From Lingula anatina (Eukaryota > Animalia > Brachiopoda): a stretch of DNA of 64,000 nucleotides. The stretch's first letter is position 1. Every line of letters starts with the position of its first letter. Made by a program: the position numbers and the translations under genes. The notes beneath the pieces were generated by a model that ran no database searches, was not told the origin of the DNA, and saw only the letters and a list, made by a program, of their open reading frames with translations. This document shows positions 54,201 to 64,000 of the stretch, piece by piece. The stretch is from assembly GCA_051362555.1 (NCBI GenBank), contig CM120646.1, forward strand, positions 23,126,001 through 23,190,000, read 5' to 3'.

Positions 54201-55899
54201 CCTAAACCATTAAGTGAATACCCCAACATATATGTGTGTGATGCCATCTTGTTATTAGGATGTTGGCCCATCCTTAATTAATAGCCCGGAATTGGTTGAG
54301 TGGACCAGTGGTGGATTGTGACCATCTTCTGATATATCTGAAAGCGTCCCTGGTATCTGATGATGATTAAGAGGATATTAAGATATTGGTGATGGGTCAT
54401 TTTCATTAGGGGATTTTTTTCTTGTGTGAAGCAGGAAGCCAAAGGGAGAGGCAGAAAAAGAGGTTGAATTTCTTTAAGATTATTGAGGTATGTTTAATTT
54501 TCAACCACTTATCTTTCTTTTTCTCTCAGTTGTTTTTGTGCAGTGGCAAAATGTATAAAATTGTTTTTATGTGTTATACAGATGGTAACGAATATGCATG
54601 TATTTGGGATAATTTTTGTCTTTGTTAATCATGGACATAATGGATAGAATTTGGTACCATATGCAATATGGTATATTTGAATAAGATGAGGATTAGGATA
54701 AGATTTTTATAAATATTTAAATGAAAAAAGGTTTTAGGAAGCATACATTTACAAAATGTTATAATAAAGAAAATACACAGAAAGAAATTGATATTTTATT
54801 ACACTTTAAACTTTGCAGATGATTTAAAATAATTAAAATTATTATAATAGTACTTATAAATGAAGGAACTGTGATTTAAAATATAATTGGGAAAATGTTG
54901 CATATTTATAACATCAGTGACTTGAGGATGCATACACTTATACATGTATATACTGCATGCTACAGATTTGTGGCTCTAATATGCTTAATTGAATAAACAA
55001 ACTGCCCTTAATTGATGTCTTAACCGACAGTTTGGACCATTTGCCTGTTTACTGAGTAAATTAAAGACACACTTCAGATTGACACAATTTTATTATATTG
55101 AACATACCTGTCTCTGGGCCCCTTTTCAGGAAATGTAGACCTTTGAAATGAATTTCTAATATTTCATTATAGTTATAATTTTTGGCCAGATAAAAGTTGT
55201 GGTCTGGGGGCTTTTATTATTACTGTTATTTTGTATTAATTATATGTCATAGTATAATTACCCTTTATCAATCCACCAGCAGCTCTTCAATGTTCCCCAA
55301 ACCCCCGTAGCTCCAGTAGCGGAGGCACGAAGTCAGGCACACGCACTGATTACAATACGTCTCCTCTGAAGGAATAATTAATATATGGGGCACAGGTAAT
55401 ATTGGATAATTATCTGGTCAAGATGGGAGGATAATAAGGCACCGTAGCCTACCTAGCTCCCTCTGGGATGCATGTTAATGGTGGCACTAGACCGAATAAT
55501 AGTTTGAATAGGAACTGTTAGGTAGTGTTAGAGGATGGGCAGATTTTATTAAGGGAGAGACAATGGGAATTATAACTTAAACTCTTCAAATGCCTCACTT
55601 CCATCATTTAATTGAATTAAAGAATAAATTAATTTTTTTCCTTGAAAAATTTACATCAGATGTGCATGTAATGAGAAAAAAAGTCAGTTTGAATTCAAAT
55701 TTAAGTGATATATTCTTCTCTCCTATTCCTCTCCCCAAAAGGGATATGGCCCCATTTCTGCTCAGGTAAGCCTATTCTATTGTAAAGCAGCTAGGTGTGT
55801 ATAGCCGGTGGGTATTTAGGTGGAACATGTGGCCGGGACGCATGGGGGCGACAACAGAAATGATCCTAGGACAAAAACTCAGCACCATGGCGTTTTAAG

Positions 55900-56052
55900 A
55901 AACTCGTTGACATTGTGTGTAGTGTTAGAGTAGTGTAGATAGCAGGCAGCGTGGTGTCTACGGTGTGAACAAGCTGGGAGAGGTCAGTAACGACAGCATA
56001 ACCCGATAAAAAATTATGGTGGAAGTTTCATTAACTTGAGATACAATTGTAG
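55900..56052 (+). other. Candidate alternative first exon; boundaries uncertain
   Basis: CpG-retaining block 55800-56010, with possible donors GAG|gtcagt (55982) or TAG|gtaggt (56052). Confidence 0.3.
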
Positions 56053-58576
56053 GTAGGTAGGTGGAGAATGTTTACAGAGAAACTGATTCATGGAACAGTG
56101 TGGTAGATCTGCTACTTATTATTCATACATGCCATAGTAATATGTAAACAGTTTAAAACATACTGTGAAAAAATAACATAAGAGCAGTCTCTTTAAATTC
56201 GGCATTTTAAATAGATAACATAAGTTATAGGTGCGCAAACAGGTTATTTATTGGTTTGAGTTAATTCAATTGTGGTATAGCGGAACTGAATCACTGTCAA
56301 TCCTTACTACGTGTTCATAGATACTACCTGTATTTTACCAGTATATTTATTATATGGATATGTATATATACATAGACATTAAATTAAGGGCAGTGGAATT
56401 CAGCCTTAAATGAATGAGGCTAGAGGTAAGTGAGGCCACCTTATTTAGCTACAAGGGCAAAGTAAACAAAGGAAAGGCATGATTGTTTACTTTCATTTAA
56501 ATAGGTGTGATTCTTTTGAAAGGGTAATATGATGTTAATGTTTTCAACTGTGCTCTGTTTGGTCTCAGTGCAGGTCTCTATTGAAAGTTCAGTTAAATGC
56601 ACTGACATGTAGATTACTCAAGTGAAAGCTTTAGTTTTTATCAGTACAACAGTAGTCGACCTGATGCCTTACATGCAACATGCGGGTTTGAAATTGGATT
56701 AATTTATGAGGATATACAAGTGAACAGTAAAGAGGGAAAGAATATAAAACTGCTAGTGCACTCATTTATTTTTCGAATAGACCATTTCAGATTGAATGTC
56801 ATTCAAAATCTCTGTCACGTACCCCCCATAGACCAGTTTTCTTTTTGAAATTTGAAAAAAAAGTAATGAATAATTTATACGTTAGCGAGCACCTTGCATA
56901 GTGATTGTTGTAGTCCTGGAGTTGACAGCCTACTTTGCCATAATCAATGAGAAAAAAAATATGAATACAAACATTTGAAAGAATCTGTGAAATTAATTTT
57001 GAAATAGACTGTTTTCTTCTGGATAAATCAGCTGTACAATTTAAAAGGCCTGTGTATGTATCAGACAGGTGTCGGGTTGGAAGTGTTGGAGGGTTTCCTC
57101 TCTCTCTCTCACCAGCTGCCTTTGCCTGCAGGGCTGAAACAGCCAGTATTAAACATCGGGATTTCAGGCATCATATTCAAGCACACTTACTAATTAATAC
57201 TTCTAGTTTACATTAAGGGTTAGCAACATTAGAGGAACACTGCCACAGAAAGGGATTTGCTATCACAATATTATATGACAAGGGTTGGAGAAGTCTGAGT
57301 TGTTGGCTATAATAGAAAACTGGAGTGAAAAGGTAGAAAAGATTAATGAAGGGGTCTCTTACTCTAATCTTTACACTTAATCCTACCCCTGGGGATACTG
57401 CTGGAGACTTAGGGGGTGGTGTTGGATTTGCTGGAAGAAAGGACACAGAGCAGGCTGAAGATGTTGCCATAGGTACAGAGTAGAAATAGGGGCATCCCTG
57501 GGATTTTTCTTTGTGATTTACCTCACTTTTGAACACTGAACTAAAAAGTATACCTATCACTTGTTTTAATTTAAGTTTTGCAACAAAACATTTTAACATG
57601 TGAATGCCAAAAAAATAATTTTGTGAAGACTTATGTATGGTAAAACCTGATTAAAGATTAAGAAAAATGAACGACCCCCCCCCTTTGAGCCTCCCCTTTA
57701 CCAACCCTGCCATTGCTTCGACCCCTTCCCCCCAGCTGTGAGGTACTGTTAACCCTGAATAGAGGAGCTCTTACCTGTGATAATGAATCCTCTCTTAAGA
57801 AGAACTCCAACATGTAGGCACAAACACTCCTGATTTCAATACAAAATGGTTTAAGACTCTCTCCAATAATTGAAAAAAAGTAGTTTTGAATTGCAGAGTA
57901 ATGTTACAGGAAATACAACTTGTTATATCTTGGGCAAGCATTCTGCTTATTGATCAGGTAAAATATGAGCTGTAGTCTTAATTCCATGTTGGCTGTAACA
58001 GGTAAGCTGAAGTTCTCTCACAATGTTAATTTGATTATAATTTTAATTATTGAAATAATATTATGCATCTAAATGAATAAGTAATATAGGAACTAGTTAT
58101 GTATAATATCAAAACAGTTATCAAAATAGTTATGATCAACAACTTGGTGACCAAAACAAATCATTAAACGCATTAGACCTGATAATTGTGATGGAAAGAG
58201 GCACACAATTATTTTTGTTTAAACACCTGTTAATAAAACTGTTAATTCTGTGATAATGCAACAAGTTTACTGCCCACCCAAGACATCACACCTCATAATT
58301 GACCACCTCAGCCAGATGACCAGAAATGACCAAATGTTTGTCTCCATAGAGCAGGTAGTGGTTCACACCTAGGACAGGTGAAGTGGACTTAGAGTGGACA
58401 TTAGTGGACATGAAGTAGTTTGACCAACACTTATATTATGCAGTGCAGCAGTGCACAGATTAAGGCACTCGTCTCACAGTGTGAAATGAAAAACTTTGCA
58501 GAACAAGTGTAAGGCACAGGACGGTAACATCTGTAGATGGAATAGAGATAGGCCAGGTAAATAAAGAGCACCCCTT

Positions 58577-58732
58577 CAGGGGTGGATTTAGGCTGTCTTC
58601 TGGGTCTTCCAGAACACAGTCAGATTTTTAAGTTTACATTGATGGATATGTAATTTTTTTCTGTGGGAATTAGGATGGATCAACAAAGATAATTTGGAAG
58701 ACTGTCAGAAAATATATCTGGATCCACACTTG
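58577..58732. mobile_element. MITE family B, 156 bp, degenerate TIRs, 5-bp TSD
   Basis: CAGGGGTGGATTTAG...CTGGATCCACACTTG (11/15 inverted match), flanked by CCCTT on both sides (58572-58576, 58733-58737). Confidence 0.7.
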
Positions 58733-60359
58733 CCCTTCGTAACTCCCCATGTCTCTCATCACAATGGTTACAACCCTCTCTATACCTCTACCTGCAATTA
58801 ACAGTACTTACCCATTATCACCAGGGCTCTAACGGGACGCAGATTACAGGTGACTTTTAGGGAGCTCCGGCGTCCCTTCCCCAGTCACATTTGTTCTCAG
58901 GTAATTAAGTGAATTAACACAGAGTTTGCTTGGAAATTGGTCTTGTTTCCCACTCCAGGAAGTATTCAGAACACTTGCGTCTCTGTTGACCATTTGTTCT
59001 GTTACACCTGGATTACCTGTGGTTTCCTTATTCTCAGGTTAAGGCTATTTGTCTCACCTGTAGTAATTAGCAATCTGTTTCTGTGGCTGAGGGCAGATTA
59101 ACTGAGCAGTAATAGAATTATTTGATTTTTTCCATATAATAATGAATGAAATACTTGTGTCTCTACTGGGTATATTAAATTATGATACTTAAAAAAAAGA
59201 AAAAAATTATCAGCCTTGTATCCTTGTCATGGATATTGATGATAAATACTGAAAAAAGAAAAATAACAATATTATTGAACCAACTAAATGTCAAGGCAGA
59301 CAAATACATGCAAAAAAGGAATCTTTCAATTTGATTTGTTTCTCTATGAGCAAATAATCAATAAAAAAACTGAATGCACCATTGGGGTTTCCCAATTTTT
59401 TTTGCACCATTATGAGCACACGTCATAGTTGATATTGCTATTCACCTTTTTCCTGACTTTACTGTTGGACATATTGTATGAAGTTGGACTGAGAAAGGCC
59501 TCTAAATGGTAAAAGACCAGGGGTCAGTTATTATAGAGACACTGGGGTGACCAAGGGACAGTGATTACAAGAGGAGTGACCACTCCCCACAGTTGGAGTG
59601 GTTTGATCCCACTGAGCAGAAAACTGCCTGATGTTGTAACGCAACTGCTTCCTAATACGCTAATGGCATGCTTAACTCGGGGATGTTGTTTTGGAGTCTT
59701 ATCAGACTAAAATATAACATTTCCACCAATAACAATCCAGCACTGTTTTTGCTCTTGACGTAATTACTCTAATTTTGGCTTGCGAAGTGTAATCAAGTCA
59801 AGAGTTTTTGCATTTAAGGGTTTAAAATGGCAGAAGAACTTGCTCTATATATGAGAGTTTGTGTAACAACATCTCGAGGAATTAACGCCACAATTAAATC
59901 AGTGAATCCGTTGAGCGGCCATTGTCCACCAGCGTAGGTGGTAGCTCTGAAGCCTGGCAGGTAGTCACTTTCACAATAACCTTAACAACCCATGGCACAG
60001 GGCCCTAACTGAATTATATCAAGGCTAGGTTATGGAGCCGAAGAAGCCATTTGCAATATCCATGTTCAGTGTCCCATGCAATTCACATAGAGACTAAGGA
60101 GAGGATAATCTGAAGGTTTCTAAACATTCATTAAGAAAGGATTAGGCCCACTGCTAGCCTGCTTGGGTGATTTTCAAAGCCAAAGGGAACATAACGGTGC
60201 TGACTTTTGTACCAAGAAGAGCAAGAAAAGTCAGCCCTTTTCAGTATTGATGGTTTTATCATAAAGAAAGGCACAATACTTGGGGCTTTTATATGTGCTA
60301 TTGCTGTTTGCCATATGTGATATGTGGAGAGAGGATGGCCACCAAAGGCAGGTGGTAGA

Positions 60360-60564
60360 GACACAGAGAGACAACGAAAGAGACGAGAAAGCATCTTCTG
60401 TTACTGGATGGTGAGACCACTGCTGTAGTTTTTACTGTGAGATTTGCTAGAAGTTTGTTGAGAATACTTTATGTGCTTAGCAGTGAAACAAACATCAGTC
60501 AGAAGGGAGACAACACGTATATAATGCTAGGCCCAGGTTTTTGATTTTGGCTATTACAGTATTG
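60360..60564 (+). other. Candidate alternative first exon containing short uORFs; start approximate
   Basis: Donor TTG|gtgagt at 60564. GA-rich 5' part. All ATG frames stop before the donor. Confidence 0.5.
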
Positions 60565-63051
60565 GTGAGTACACTTTTTTGAAGCTAGTTTGAAGTTATT
60601 CAAAGATGCAGTTGATTGTTTTTGACAGCATATTTAATCCTGCTGCAAAGGCCAGAAGCTCATAGCAATTGTAAGGAATGCAATATTTATATTCACATGT
60701 CCATTTCACCATATGTTCAAAGGGAAAAATTAGCTTTATTTTCAGGCTTTTTCCAATGAAAAATGCATCAGATATTTCCTTTTTGGATAGTAAAATAGCA
60801 GAATGCATCAATCCAGGTAGTTTAATATTGAAAACTTTGGTTTACATCATTCAATGAACTGGTACTATCAATATAAGATGAAAGATGGAGGAGAGTATGT
60901 AAGCTATGCTACTATGGTATCCCTGTAGTAAGATAGATGTAGGGGTGTGTGCTGATTTGATTTGAATATGTCTTTAGGTAGACTGGGAATACTACAGTAG
61001 TGAAATCGTTGTGCTCAATTGTTGGTGAATCAAGTAACATTCTCAGCTGATATTTATTGTTAGTTGTGAATATAAGTAAAATTTGCAAGACATTTGCCGG
61101 TTTAATAATTGTAAGTTTGCGAAAGATACTAGAGGAGAAACAGTACTGAGCTTAGAAACCAAAGTTTGTGTTGATAAATATTGGTAATAAGGTAAAATAC
61201 CTGGGGTCTTGGCAGTATGGGATAAGGATGGACTGAAAAGTCACCTTATATAAGAACCCTTATAGAAAAGAAAATGCATTCTTATTATCAGTTTTTTCTC
61301 TGACCATCACACAATGAATGCAGAGCACTGGCTACAAGAAAGTCATGACTCTGGTTAATTGTGGCACAGTTTTCATTAACTCAGTGTTTGTGTTTATAGT
61401 AAACATACATCTGTGCACTGAATTACTTGGAAACAGTCATCTTATCCAAATATACAGAAGACCCACGCTATGGAATTGTCTATGGCATTTTAAAGGAAGC
61501 ATGTGCTGAAATTTATTTTATGAAAACAATAGAAAATCGTGACATTAGCAAGGGTCAGATGTGACGTCTCTGTTTACATATTATTATCTTGTCATTAATG
61601 TAGTCATATTGACACAGTCAGATTTGTAAAGATGTGCTTTTTTCTAAAGATGGAGGAGGAAGGGTAAAGAGTTTGTGTAAATGACTCTCACAGCCAGCAC
61701 AAGTCATGTTCAACGTGTTCGTCTCAATGCATCACATGCAAATGAAATATAGCCTAGACAGTGTGCTAAATTATTCATTTTTTGTCCTTCCATTGTCCTG
61801 TCTGACTGAGAATGATTTAGAATACTTTTCATGTATCATGTTTTTTTAATAATACACTTTTCCTCGTACTTTGCATTTTAGTACTGATTCCTGGCATTTT
61901 GACATGTTCTGATTTTAATAACATATTAAACAAAAGAACTACGCAGTTTGCCTAGAGCTGTTGCCAACCGTGTTTTGGAGCAATGATGTTTAATTCAGTG
62001 AACATGAGTCTGTACAATTTATTCCATTGATAAGTTGAATATGACATTGTTGAGAATACTTATTCAGGTCCGTGTTCTGTTTGATTTTCCTGGAGTTGTC
62101 TCAAAAATAGTTTTTAAACCTGCTTAACCTTGTGATAAAGTAAAATAATTAATTTACTGGAAAATAAAAAACAAAATGTTAATAAAAAAACCTCTGTGTA
62201 CGTATCAGTGTCAGATCATAAGAAAATGTTTCCTGTCTTCATTATGATATTGTTATTTTACCTTTGGGGTTATCTATTTCACTCAGGGTAATTGCTCTGC
62301 ACTCATTGTTCTGTATTTATTATATAATCTCCACATTTTCATCATGAGCTAGGACATTATCATTAAACCTCACTAATCAGAATGTTCCATGTTAGGTAAT
62401 GGCACAATTGAATTAACTTATATCTCTAAGAATACATCTCATTCTAGTTTGGTCTTATCATTGCTAAAATGCAAATTAAATATCTCCCATTCTCAGAAAG
62501 GGAAAAATTCTTCCATGCCATTTTAAAACTTCTTCCTTATCTCCTAAGTCAATGATAGTATGATAAGGTAGATATTGCCCACAGAAAAGTGCAAGGCTTA
62601 ATCACAGTATGTTAATTTATCAGGGTTTATCAGCAAGGCAGTGGACCCACAGGTCTGTTCTAGAAGAAAACACAGTGAGATCATTTCCACTGATGTAGAT
62701 CTAGGTGTGCTGATGTGTATGTGATTCTGTCTCAATCAGATCAGATCCAGGGCAGAGACATCCTGACTTTACTGTTACTATCTACACAGGGGTTTATCTG
62801 AGTGGACAGAACAACACAGGCGTGACTCCCCCCCTGATTGTCCAGTCTGGAGATAACGTCTCCTTCTCCCCCAGACCATTGTCCACTGTGAAGTCACAGG
62901 AGGGATGCGGAATCCCTATTATACTGATTAAACCAGTGGTCAGTTATTATCCCCCCCTCCTCCATCCTCTGTCCAGGTATATCAGGTATGACCATCTCTG
63001 TGAGTGCAGCCTTAATGACTGGCCAGCACAAGCTGGATAGTAGCAAATATT

Positions 63052-63126
63052 TGATTGGCTGATTGGGATGTAGTAGCTTTACATTATCCAATAAGAAAAT
63101 TAGGGATGCTTTTGGGTGACCAATCA
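63052..63126. promoter_or_regulatory. Cluster of four CCAAT/ATTGG boxes (NF-Y-type promoter candidate)
   Basis: TGATTGGC 63052, TGATTGGG 63060, CCAAT 63088, GACCAATCA 63118. Confidence 0.4.
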
Positions 63127-64000
63127 TGTGAGAGCTGTGTTTCTTAATACATTACTATTACGCTTTGGAAAGTGGTCATTTCTTGAAGGGGAGAAGCTGG
63201 AGAGGCTGGTTTAAATCAGATAGTAAGTACTTAAATATATATGCTTAAATCAACATAGAAAATATTTCAGTGGAATATATTAAAAATTAAAAAACAAAAT
63301 TATTTTCATCAAATTACAATGGTCTAGTGGCTATCAGCTTGTTTAATATATCTCCCAAGGTAGTGTAAAAGATTATTAATATTCCTCTCGGCTTCTCATG
63401 TTACCTTGTCCCCACCTTCTCTGGTTTTAATAGGGGGGCTTGTGGTGCGTTATGTCACATTTGTCTTCCTTAATAGTGACATTAGCCTGGCAAGATATGT
63501 GATTAAATACGGCAAAATAGTTCCACCATGTGCAAGGGAATAGTGAGTAGAGAAAGGTGCACTGCAGAGCTGACCTGGGGTTGGGTAAGATTTTTTTTGT
63601 CGAAATTTCAAGAGGATATGGTTTTAAACAAAATAACTAAAATCCAAGTTTGGTCTGCAATTAAAGACAAAGATATCTGGTATGTTTCAGTTGAGGATAG
63701 ATCTCAAAAGTTTTAAATATTGGGTGCTTTATTGCATCTCAGAAAACAAGACTTATGTATTCTTGAAATGAACTACTACTGATTAGCTGTAGTCAACCAG
63801 AAATTTAAGTTTAAATCATGAAAATCTTTTGATGGAAGTGCTGATGTGATATTTGTTGATGTGTATCAAGACTTGAGCTTAGTTATTTCAGCAGTGTGGG
63901 TAACCACAGCTGTAATTATGACCATTTAGATGTTGATATTTTGGTGAAAAGGTTCCCCCTTGTAGAATTGAAAATATAGATACCCAGGACAAGTTAAAAT

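Noticed and set aside
62676-62695. bantam-like TGAGATCATT
   Set aside because: No pre-miRNA hairpin and the 3' half mismatches.

Overview
Eukaryotic, AT-rich, essentially non-coding DNA. It looks like an invertebrate genome, plausibly lophotrochozoan or mollusc-like; this is inferred only from CpG depletion, frequent TACATGTA and the MITE style. No ORF in the track resembles a real protein. The + strand carries several short exons with strong polypyrimidine-AG acceptors and GT donors (15724-15764, 20776-20837, 33215-33258, 47159-47199). It also carries many donor-only, CpG-retaining candidate first exons. The simplest reading is the 5' end of one very large + strand gene (multiple promoters, 5'UTR exons, giant introns) whose main CDS lies beyond the window; the gene cannot be identified. 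The introns contain short CAGG-terminated MITEs, two of them with exact 5-bp target-site duplications, plus microsatellites. The most striking unexplained signal is a set of recurrent 50-200 bp islands packed with TG(A/T)CCA / TGG(A/T)CA hexamers, often exactly 10 bp apart. There are also candidate recursive-splice (AG|GT) points, repeated 14-mers spanning splice donors, an RFX X-box and other transcription-factor site clusters. All calls were made by eye, with no computation or database search.
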